64,000 nt of DNA from Tubiluchus corallicola (taxonomy: Eukaryota; Animalia; Priapulida): assembly GCA_030141605.1 (NCBI GenBank), contig JAQGDQ010000568.1, forward strand, positions 75,143 through 139,142. Reading direction: 5' to 3'. Shown here one piece after another: positions 53,095 to 64,000 of this stretch. How positions within the stretch are numbered: position 1 is the first letter of the stretch; each line of letters begins with the position of its first letter. Below the pieces are notes generated by a model, which was not told where the DNA came from, searched no databases, and saw only the letters and a list, made by a program, of their open reading frames with translations. A program made the translations under genes and the position numbers.

Positions 53095-54791
53095 ACAGAG
53101 TCCTGTAGGCAACATTATCGGCATAATGAATTTACCAAACCCTGTGGTATCACTTATAAACAGAGATATTAGCCAGCAGTTGATGACTGAAATTGTACAA
53201 CAATTGTGATCCGGGCTACTGAAAACTTGAGTGACTGATTAAATTTCTGAGTCTCTCAGTTCTGTCAAAGATAAAATTTTATCTGATATTCAAACATCTT
53301 GTACAAGAGTACGTACTTGACGAAGTTGCTAAGTTTTGCATTTGGGATGAAAAGTTCAGGCACGTCTGTGCACGTTTGTGTAATCGGACGTCATCGCATT
53401 TTTTCATAACAATGGCATTTTGCACTATCTCGCCATGGGGGAGGAAGGAGAGAGCCTAACCATATATGAACTGTCTAGCCACATACCAACTATTTATATC
53501 AACAGTTCTGTTTTGATTACTTGTATCGATAGACATGTACCAACCACTTGAATTGATCAACTATTGTCTTGCATATTGTCTTTTGTAGATTTTAGTCATA
53601 TGCCAATTACTATTTCTAATTTCAATTTCATTAATTTTAATTTCAATTACCTTGCAATTCAATTGTCATTCAATCTGTTGACTCATAATATCTATACAAC
53701 ATCATCATGTTACGGTCAGAATTTACCAGGATGCACTTGTCCCGTCTGCTGGATGCGATCCTGTCTCACAGGCAGGTCCGAGACTTAAGGAGGGACGAAA
53801 TGTAATCGGACGCCATTACATTTTTTCATAACAATCTTTAGGTTCTCATAACAATGGCGTTAATCACATCCTGGTAATCAGCCTCGAACTCGGACCGTGA
53901 GCCAAAAACCTCAGTGTGGTTGCTGACGCTGCCGAGCGCATTTCATTAGTGAATTCTAGTCTGTTGGTATGATACTTCATACTCATCTTACCCATGTTGT
54001 TACTAGTATAATTAAAGGTTTTCACTAAAACCATACTGACTAGTTTTGGGTTGGTGTTCATCATTGTTACATTTGACTGACCTCTGGTGCAGAACAATCT
54101 CTCTGTAACATAATAATCTAGTAACCTACTCTGGTTTTTTTTTCATATATTGGGTGACAAATTCTACTCAACGATCACATACAATGCTGCAGTATATTTC
54201 TTGCTTTTCATTTGTACTGTCACTGATCTTTAGGCGTATCTGGAGAGGTGAGCTAATTACAACTTTGTCACCTGGCTGCATTCTGTCGGGAAGGAGATAA
54301 GCAAACGAATCCTGAAATTACCTAACTGGATTTCTCCCCGATGACCCCATTTATGTTGTTTTTATTGTCTCATGTTGCCTTTTGCAAGTGCCTTCATCCT
54401 AATTACAATTATAATGTGTAACATCCGCGCCTCCTGTCAAAGATACGTGAAATTTTCAGGCGATTCCTAATCCAAATGCTTCGACTAAGGAGTCACGTTC
54501 ATTTTAGAACGTTATGACATGTTAAATGAGAGCTCTTAGATTTGATTGAAGACTATTGCGAATGCGAATGCCTTCCATTCAGTTTGCTTCAAATAATTTT
54601 TAATTGACTATACCGTCTGCACGGCAGCATATCTTAATGGATTTTCGACTCAGTGACAAATTGGTTATCTACTTAGTCCGCACGTTATATTTACGTGAAA
54701 TGATAATTGGACAAACGACCTTCGCTCAATGTCACTTAGCTCACTTGGCTTTGAGCTGTGTTGATTAACGTTGTGACCGCATAATGATATA

Positions 54792-55386
54792 TATCCGGTG
54801 AGGCAGAAAAAATGTGCCAAAGTTTAGACTACAATAACATTAGGAACAAATGTGCCGCAAAGTTGAAATTTCGTAGCTTTTGGCCGTGAAAGTACTGATA
54901 AACTGTGAAAAGTTGTTATCAACAAAAATGTAACTTTGTTGTGTGAACTACGGTATCTCGAATTCCCAGAAAAAGTGTATACGACAGTCATAGAGAGCCG
55001 TTTGATGCAGAGGAACTGAAGGCAAAGATTACTGAGCACTAAATGTCCCGTAATGAAGTAAGAAGCTGGCAGCTGTTAGAGGAAATGCCTTCGTCTAATT
55101 TGCAGTAAAAATGATGGCCACATAGAGCAGTTGTTCTAAGTGTTAACAAAATTTAGTAAAAAAAATTTACGGCATTTATTTATTTATTTATTTATTTATT
55201 TACTTATTCAGACTTGTTTTAAAATATTCGTATCTTTGGAAACATCTAGGGGAATGAACGCTAAAATTTTTGGCGTTTGTACATAAACATTTGTAACATC
55301 AGCGTGGTAATTTTCAAGCTTTTTGCTTTATTTTCTTCTTATAATATTGTGACCAAAACTTCGGCACGTTTTTTGCGCCACCCTAT
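54792..55386 (+). mobile_element. Internally deleted Tc1/mariner-type element
   Basis: Imperfect TIRs (CCGGTGAGGCAGAAAAAATGTGCCAAAGTTT / AAACTTCGGCACGTTTTTTGCGCCACCCT) in TA context. Transposase C-terminal remnant EELKAKI...KNDGHIEQLF*. Confidence 0.65.
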
Positions 55387-57518
55387 ATAATGTAACTTTT
55401 GCGGGCGAGAACGTTGTGTGATAATGCAACATAAATTTGATGACAAAAAGTCACGTGTGCACTTTGCAGCAACGTAATTATTGCTCACCTGTGTTCTCAT
55501 TTGTTTTCTTGTCTTTTCCATCCTTAATTGACAAACTATCAACCGGTTGTGGCGTCTACGTACGATTGAAAATTCTACTTGGAACACCAGGTCCAATTTC
55601 ACACAATTATGCAAAGCAGTGTCATTTATCAATATATGAAGTGCAGCTGTGTTATAAATGATTTCCAGCTCTATCAATCCACAGCTGAGTCAAACAATGC
55701 ATAAAACGTCGCATTGCCTTCAACAATTATTTTCAACTTTTATAAAATCGTAAAGTAAACAAACACACTTTTCTGATTCCGCAAAATTTTATTGAAAATG
55801 AATGAACAAATTACGAATATTGTAACTCCAGTTTTTCCAATGGCTATACCTTCATAAGCTCACTTAATGATTTTGCTATACTTATATTAAGCTGCTGCTG
55901 GTGTTAAGGACAACGTATACGACAACGGCAGCAATTATTTGACAGTCACAATAGTACAAAAGAAATCAACGCTATTACAGACTATAGATGGCGCCAAGCA
56001 ACAGTTCAAAGGTTTCCAAAGATTTGTAGATTAGGTAGGCAGCCTTTTTCGAGTTCATTTTTTTCAATAATAAAACAAAAGGTATTATTATTTTTTATAA
56101 ACTTGTAGGTAGTTAGACAACAAAGGTAATGACTGTCTGAAACAAAAGTAATTAATTTATGGCATAGTACTAATTAACAAACTCGTACAGTAAAACAAAC
56201 AAAAAGTTCATCTAAAAAACTCATTTTTGTGATAGAGCGTAAGTCAGCAAGCTTGCATTTAACACAGAAGTCACAATCGGTTACCTACTACGCCGTTTCC
56301 TCAGCTATAGAAAGCTGAATACGGTACGTAAAGCTGACTGTATGATAGTGATATAATAAATTATTTAGTACCATTTTCGTACAATAAATTTAAACAAACT
56401 AAATTACGTAATTTATGTACAACACAGCAACTCAAGGATATAAAAGGATAATAATGTGCTTCTATAGGCAATAATAACATGTAACTAGAAAGGTAACTTT
56501 TAACATTATTACAGGTTTGAAAAGAAACTATATCAAAGGTGTAGTTTTTAAAATTATTCTTATTTACATGCAACCAGTTTCTTTTAGTTTTGAATTTCCT
56601 TCTTGACTCCTTGTCACTGAGAACAGCATCTGAAGCAGGTAAGCGTAGGAGTAGGCATATATTTCTTTATCTTTGGCGAACAATAATGCCACATACTAAA
56701 GACATTCTTGATAGGAATAGTAGATTTTAACCCGACTAACTCTAAACTATCAACAGAAATAAAATAATTAGGTCCTTGGTATGTAACGCGCCTTAAATAG
56801 TACTGATTGAAAATTTTATTTTATTTTGCAGGTTTGCCTTTTCAATTTCTAGTAATTTCAACTAGAAAGTCAAAACAGCAATTTTTTCTGTTAACTGGGC
56901 CGCAGACACCATTAAGGCCAGAAAAGGCATACAAATAGTTCCTCTTTTCCAAAGTACTTATAGCTGTTTCAACAAATTCTGATATCCACAGCTAGTAAAT
57001 ACGACTTATTGTTACTGCATAAAAAATCATGATTATGCCTCTTTAAAAAACACAACAAAACACTTTTCATAAATATAGCTTAAAATATTCGTCGTGAACT
57101 TTTATATCACTCACATGCAGAGTTATTGTACATAGGGCTTGTGTCAGCACTAACGCTGTATGGAACTTGCAAATTTAAATTCCCGTGATGACCATTAGGT
57201 GGAGTCATTTTAACGGCAAGTCGTTTGAAACAAGTTTAGATAAAAAAAATAATCGGAACATTCCTAGCACACTCTTCACTAACTAAGGAAAACTTTAAAT
57301 TGCTTTATATTGCCAACAGAACGAATAATGTTTTTGGTGAATCAGTGGTAAGGCTGGTAGTACAGTACGGTACGAAAAAATACCGTAGTTTGTACCTTTA
57401 AACAATTCCGTACCAAATTTCGTGCCATATTCATGTAGGATCTACTACAAAAAGACAAAGAGCGGCATAAAAAATAATTGTAAAAATAATAAGTTTGTCA
57501 ATTATTGTTACCTATTAT

Positions 57519-57883
57519 TAGGGGTGAGCATCGAACGTTCGAGTTCGAATGTTCGAATTCGATTCGAACGAGTTTTTTTTAGTTCGAACTCAATTTGAAT
57601 CCAAAACTATAGATTCGAATAATTCAGCACTCCAATCACATATGTTCCTGATCACTAAAACGATTGAAACAACATGCAATTAGCGTAATTTAGCAGTAAT
57701 TTCTGTGCACAATTTTAAACAAATTACTAGTCGTTTTATTGCAGAACAAAATCTAGTGATACGCATGATCTTTGTAAGACTAATTTTTACTGGTGGTTCG
57801 AAAACTTGTTCGAAAATCGTTCAATCTCAATTCGAATTCGGTTCGATTCGACTTCGCTTTCTGGTAGAGAATGCTCACCCCTA
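57519..57883. mobile_element. hAT-type MITE
   Basis: Perfect 13-bp TIR TAGGGGTGAGCAT, perfect 8-bp TSD CCTATTAT, and subterminal TTCGA repeats. A related right end lies at about 3320-3365. Confidence 0.9.
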
Positions 57884-58781
57884 CCTATTATGCGTACTAT
57901 AAAAACAGAACTGCTGATTGAACTTCCCTACTATTTATTTTAGATCACAAAAGTTACACGAATTATACACGAGATATAAATTTATTTTGAGTTACTTTTT
58001 CTTGAGACCCGATGAGTTACGGTTATTAGCTGGATTTTAGTGGTTGTCTTAAATTACGTGCTCATTAGTGACAATTGTTTAACAATAATAATAATAATTG
58101 CATAATAGGCTCTGCTGTATAGACTGGTTGTATGTTTGTAAATTTACCAATGATGACAGCAGTAGTCTGTCAAAAACGTTTTGGCATGATTTTAATTTTT
58201 TAACTTTGTAAAGTTAAGATTTTACTAAAATTGTGTTATTTTTAACTATAAATGTTTTTAAGTGCATGTAATAAAAATTGACTTAGCACATTTTAATATA
58301 ATTTGTACGTCACAAATTTAGATTAATTTAAATTAGATTTAATTTAAAGACTACTCAATTTATGAACTAACTTAACATGTATTGCATGCATCATACGCGT
58401 GACAAGTTTGGTTTATTCTCTATCAACATTCTGACATCTATTATCCGGAAACGCGTTTTCTGAACCAGAATTTTTGCATTGACTTTTAAAATGTTCAATA
58501 TATGAACACGTTTGCTACCAAGACGTTTTATGTACATTATATACAGCATAAGTTAGACGCCATCCTCCTCATCATACTGGTAATCCATTCTCGGCTTATT
58601 TACCTGGAATTTTTGAAATTATACCTTCTTTTTTGAAGATCAGATTTTTAATCAATGAATAATAATGATTGTGTAAATGAACGCACAACATTTCTTCGTG
58701 TCCTACACCCACTTTTCCAGAAACTCCTTATTCCGGAATTTTTTCATCATACCACAAGTGAAGGTTGCGCTTTTCCTGCTC

Positions 58782-60893
58782 CTACTTGAGACTGGAACTT
58801 TTGGCCTCCCCCACATTGGAAAGTTGGGTTGCTGGTTTTACAGCCGTGTGATTCACTGAGTTCCCCTGGGAATGTTTCCCTGCGTCGACCTTTGCAGCCC
58901 TCCGACGTCTGATGATGTTGTAGTTGCCGAAGTTAAGAATACCGCCGATGTTAGAGAAGAAGACTGCGCACATGAAGAGAAAGAATGGAGGAATGCCGAA
59001 GAACTGCCAGAAGAAAAAGAGAGCCAACGCCCACCATTGTATGAAATAAGCGGCCACGAATAGCATCATGGTCTTTGCTGATCTGTGAGCGGCTCGCGTT
59101 GTAGCGGCCTAAAACGAAACGTAAAATCTGTATTGAAATAGTTTGAAAATTACTCCAGGTCGTCCAGAAAAATTTAGTGCCTTTGACATGGTAAGTAATA
59201 TTGTGTATTACAGATTTTTTTGTACTGATCCAAAACAGTTTTCAACAAATGTCGTCCATTAATTGGTCTTTTTAGTTCTTTAATTTGTTTAGACATTGAA
59301 AGAAATTTTACAAATTTTTGTGTGAAATACATGAGACAATCAAGTGCTAATTCGTACTCTTGTGCATAAGTTCTTTTACAGGGTGGTTACCTCGTTGCCT
59401 ACTGTTTACTGTCCGAGTATTACATTACAAAGTACCGTATTGGGTAATGAATTGCCTATACCTAGTGTGGGCTTCGGGACTTATGACGTTTGCTGGTATT
59501 GGATATGCTGTTCGCAACTGGTGACATCTACAGTTGGTTCTCTCTGTACCCCCCAATACGTAAAATCTATATTGAAATAGTTTGAAAATTACTCCAGGTC
59601 GTCCAGGAAACGCCGCCAGCTCTCCCGAACTAACTCGCACGGGCATATTATCATTTACGCTAACCATACTATAGCTTAGGGCGCCATATTTTAGAAAAAA
59701 TTCTTATTCTCGGAAAAACTGAATACTTTCATATTCATATTCGCGTTTTATTACACACCACAGGCAGTTACTAATTGCAGCTTTTATATAAGTGCCACAT
59801 AAAGAATAGGTGCAAGGTACTACACGACAAGCATTTGTGCAGCCTACTTGAATATAAGATGATGCAAATACATGTAATTAATAATGGCCGCGTAGAAACT
59901 AGATTAATAATGTTTCTAATACGCCATAAGTACTTTTTTTGCTTATTACATAAACAACCATAAATTCAGAAAAGAGATGGACGGGACAGAACTAACAATT
60001 TAGGGCGTCGTAAAGTGTTGATACGCCCCTGCTAACTCGTTCATCCTGGCGATACCATTTTTAAAAAAGACCCACATCATCGTGCGGTTCGGTTTCTCCT
60101 TTTGTCAAAAAAATATAAATTTTTTCTAAGGGCACAACAATGTGCTGCCTAGCCACGTTTTTTCAAAGAGGTGTTCCTCTAGCAAAAGGGAGAGAAAAAC
60201 CTCCAAAATGGCTCATTGTTTCTGGTACGCGTCCTAGTTGACCCTTGGTGGAGACGAGGTGTTTTGCAGGGAATTCATAGCTCTTTGGAAGAGGAGAAAC
60301 CGGAGGCTACGTGGAGATGTGGGTTTCTTTTAGGCTTTTGCCAGGAGAAAAGGTTAAAAGTTAATTTGTGGGAACGATTTTTCTGGATGACAGTGTGAAT
60401 AAAAAGTATAAGTGCCCTTTTGGAGTACTTGCTGCTTCTTACAACTTGATTGAACTTCGAGTAATATTCGTTGTTGTTATTGTTGTTATTGTCGTTGTTG
60501 CTGCCGCTGCCACTGCCGGTGCCGTTGTTGTTGTTGTCTTGTCGTTGCCATTGTCGTTGTCGTTGTTGTTATTGCTGTTGCCGTTGCCGCTGCAGTTGCC
60601 ATTTTTGTTGTTGTCGTTGTCGTCGGCGTCGTCGTTGTTGTCGCATTACAAGCAGCAAAAAAATGGCGAATAAACCTAACTATACACACAGACGATCGTC
60701 GGCACACCTATTAAAACAAATATGACTTGCCTGTTGAGAATTTTGCATAGAACTTTGTATTCGTCTTGACTCCACTATAATTTTCCTCCATGTTAATGTA
60801 TAGAGACACGTGTTCATCACTAGGACACTGAACATGGGTATCGTCCCAAATATGATGGCAGCCAGGCCTCCGTTCACTCCATCAAAGTAACAA
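58782..60893 (-). CDS. G-protein-coupled receptor, 3' part only (ECL2-TM5-ICL3 exon and TM6-TM7-C-tail exon)
   Basis: Exon 60731-60893 encodes CYFDGVNGGLAAIIFGTIPMFSVLVMNTCLYTLTWRKI. It joins in phase 0 via CAG|GCAAGT to exon 58782-59108, which encodes AATTRAAHRSAKTMMLFVAAYFIQWWALALF...SNIGGILNFGNYNIIRRR. The three hydrophobic helices, ECL2 Cys and basic ICL3 end fit TM5-7 of a 7TM receptor. TM1-4 exons were not found in the window. Confidence 0.72.
59172..59550 (+). pseudogene. Duplicated SLC22 fragment (end of exon 2, intron 2, most of exon 3) inside the GPCR intron
   Basis: Close copy of 33538-33917 with a 1-nt deletion and a CGA>TGA change. Flanked by 49-bp direct repeats at 59119-59167 and 59558-59606. 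Confidence 0.9.
60470..60642. repeat. Degenerate (GTT/GCC/GTC)n triplet tract in the GPCR intron
   Basis: Direct inspection. Confidence 0.8.
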
Positions 60894-62054
60894 CTGCAAA
60901 TAAGGCACGTTATAATTATACAGACGACAAATGGAATAGCTTAAAGCGAAATTCAAACCGGGTTTTTCAATATTGTACTACAGGGTTGTGATGAAATGAG
61001 ATGTAATGTTGGCAGGGGAATACAGTAGACTTCTCAGGTGTGCATGTGAACGTGGCTTTATCTAGCACAGACTCGTATTCTGACCTTCTGTTAGTAAAAG
61101 CCACTAGTCACGTGCACACCTGAGCTTATAACAAGGGAAGGCCTGCTGTAGACCCTGGTCAGTGGTCGTGTCTTTCGTAGCGTGTGCAGCTCTGTTCACA
61201 TTTCTCAGGCTTTTCTCGCAAACTCTGTTCCTGTAGGGGTAAGCTGGTCGTTCCTTATTTAACGTGTAATATTCAATAATAAATTGTCATTTCGAGTGAC
61301 TATATTATTCAGTCTTTGTTTATGGGTGAAGCGTTGAATGACGCAATTAAGACATGCCGCACGGTGTGGGCCGCGGTGCCATCCGTCCTGCCTCCGCTAT
61401 GAACGGACGGCAGTCCAATATAAACAAGAGGAACTACAGATTAGTAGGTGATGGTTGTGGTTTGAAGAAACAAAAAACTTGAAATCTAGTTTTAAAATTT
61501 TGTTCTAAAGTGTCACCATAATCAGCGAAGTAGTGTCACGTTGATAAGCAGAAAATCTAGTGACCAAAATTACAGGTAAAATCAACTAAATGTGAAAATA
61601 GGTTTAGAGATTATGCATTCTTAAAGAGCGTAGAAGCCAAAGAAATTTAAACAGTAAAGAGAAGTATTTAAAAATTTTAACAAGAACACCTGAAGGTGGC
61701 AGCACTATGCAAAATTTAAAAAAGTATGATGAGAATACAATACAAATTTAAGTTTAGCGTAATTAAATAATTTTCTTCGGTCCATGTGGCGAGCGTCGAA
61801 TGGATGTCAGATGAGTGGTGATGGCAGCAGTAGCATGGAGGTGATGGCGAAGGTCGTGTTAGCGGTGGTGGTTGTGAAGGAATTTTACGTTATTCCTTTT
61901 TCTGAAAAAAGAAATATGTTTGCGTAGGAAAGTGTGCTGTTTTTAGTTTAAGCATATTTTCATTGAATAACAAGTGATACAATACGGTTTGAACAGACAG
62001 CGTTTAACAACCGATGAATGTTCTCACGAATGAAACGTAACACTTAGTAGAGTG

Positions 62055-62545
62055 CAGACAGTAGACAAACAGTAGAAGCATTACAGTGTGCTACAACCAA
62101 ATAGAGAAACAGTAGAAGCATTACAGTGTGACTACTAGCAATAGACAAATTTAGAAGCATTACAGTGTGCTACAAGCAAATAGAGAAACAGTAGAAGCAT
62201 TACAGTGTGACTACTAGCAATAGACAAACAGTAGAAGCATTACAGTGTGACTACTAGCAAATAGGCAAACAGTAGAAGCATTACAGTGTGACTACTAGCA
62301 ATAGACAAACAGTAGAAGCATTACAGTGTGACTACTAGCAAATAGACAAACAGTAGAAGCATTACAGTGTGACTACTAGCAAATAGACAAACAGTAGAAG
62401 CATTACAGTGTGACTACTAGCAAATAGGCAAACAGTAGAAGCATTACAGTGTGACTACTAGCAAATAGACAAACAGTAGAAGCATTACAGTGTGACTACT
62501 AGCAAATAGACAAACAATAGAAGCATTACAGTATGACTACTAGCA
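62055..62545. repeat. 40-41-bp minisatellite, about 12 copies
   Basis: Unit aatagacaaacagtagaagcattacagtgtgactactagc(a). Confidence 0.95.
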
Positions 62546-62753
62546 GTACAGATACATACAATATTACCATGTAATCAATGTAAGCTACAGTGATTAGAAG
62601 CATTTAGTTAGAAATACAAATCTCTGTACTTAGCTTAAATATTTGAATATTAACAGTTATATTTAAGTGTAGATTGCCATGGACATATAAACTAATTTGC
62701 CGTACTGTGCAGTTTTTAAAGGCAAACAATCAACAACTGCAATAACGTTTACC

Positions 62754-64000
62754 TTTTGTGCATCTTCAATATGCAGCTACCAAACTAAGGAATGGTGAAA
62801 GGCATGCAACAGCAAAACGCTAGCCATGCAAACTTCTGCAGTAGTTCCTTCAGGAAACTGAGTCTTTCTACAAAAATTTTCCCGCAGTTTGTAATTGGGT
62901 TTCGTTTTCCTTTAATAACGATGCCTTTTGATACCGTTTGTTCATTGGAACCAGTCATTTTTAGAATTTATTTAATGTACGTGCTGTGATTGGTCCAACT
63001 CGTTGCTAATTTGATAGGAATGCGGAATTGATAGAAGCTTTTAGCCACTTTGATGGGCATTTAGCACTGGCGTGGATCCATTTCTTGAGTAGATATTTTA
63101 GAAAGTCGTTTAGGGTTGCCATATATTTAATTTTTTCTTAAAATTTAGAATACGAAGTTACCCTGTTTCGACGTCATAATATAAAAATTCACTAAAAACA
63201 CAGAGCCGAACATTATTATACCGAGTGTTCACTGAACATAAAAACCGATAATGTATACTTGGCGCAAATTACGCTTCAACGGAGAGCTGATAAACCATAG
63301 ATAATAATATTACGGCAAGCAGAAATAGTGTTATCGTTACTACCAACGTCATAGATACGAGGAACGCATTGTACTTTTTTATCCACTAGTTGTATGACGG
63401 CGCAGCGTGTCACGTTTTCGCGCACGCCGCAGGCAGAGTTAGTTCTTCAATTAGTGTTATTCTATGTGGCTAGAAACCACGTGAACAACGAGAAGGCGAC
63501 TTATTGCCAAAACAAAGCTGTTTACAAACCTACATCTCAAGTAAGTGAAACAAAAATTCATACTTGTTACTGTAAAGCAGAGAGTAAAATGAGTGGCGTG
63601 TGTCGGTAATTACAAAGGTGCTCCATGCAGATTTAGAGGTAAGAATCTGCAAAAGCATTCTCCGGCTTTTTTTAAAGAATTAATTTTCTAATGATGCATT
63701 CTGAGAAGAAAGTATGGTTTCTTTATAATGAAATTTCAGGGTGTCAAAATGATGTAAAAACTTTTTCTATGTAATCTACAAAACTGAATCTAAAAAGGAT
63801 TATGGTTGTCTGGTGAAAACTTGCAGCAAATATTACAAAAAAGTGTTGAAAACGAGAAATCTAAACATGGAACTAAGACCATATTAAAGACAGTAAGCAG
63901 TGGTCAGGAAAGCATGCCGAGCTTTTGTATACCTGCTATGGCAGGACCAAGAAGCAGAGTAATAGAATTCATTGCCATCACGAAGCCAAATCCGAGGATG
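62754..64000 (-). pseudogene. Partial copy C of SLC16 paralog B (part of intron 6 plus exon 6 at 63933 to >64000); runs off the window edge
   Basis: Aligns by eye with 48590-49852. Similarity stops abruptly at 62754, and no exons 7-8 are seen to its left. Confidence 0.75.

Noticed and set aside
62055-62545. 40-41-bp array as a CRISPR array
   Set aside because: Head-to-tail tandem repeat without spacers, in a eukaryotic context.

Overview
This is AT-rich, intron-rich animal genomic DNA, probably from an invertebrate (inference), not a prokaryotic window. It contains a small transporter cluster. Two complete 8-exon SLC16/MCT-family genes lie on the minus strand (A: 19445-31900, 748 aa; B: 47153-52696, 634 aa). 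Both have MCT8/MCT10-type residues and long, motif-rich cytoplasmic C-tails. A complete SLC22-family gene with 9 coding exons lies on the plus strand (32776-42874, 551 aa), head-to-head with gene A. The last two exons of a GPCR gene lie on the minus strand (58782-60893). Four local duplication remnants are present: an SLC16 exon-1 pseudogene, an out-of-order copy of exon 5 inside gene B, a near-identical partial SLC16 copy at the right edge, and an SLC22 exon-intron-exon piece inserted into the GPCR intron between 49-bp direct repeats. Two introns appear to use GC donors. The rest is one tRNA-Leu(TAG), a tRNA-derived SINE, many MITEs, LINE fossils, two minisatellites and many microsatellites. 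All exon boundaries were derived by hand from splice motifs and phase continuity, without any database search. I found no CRISPR array or prokaryote-type system.
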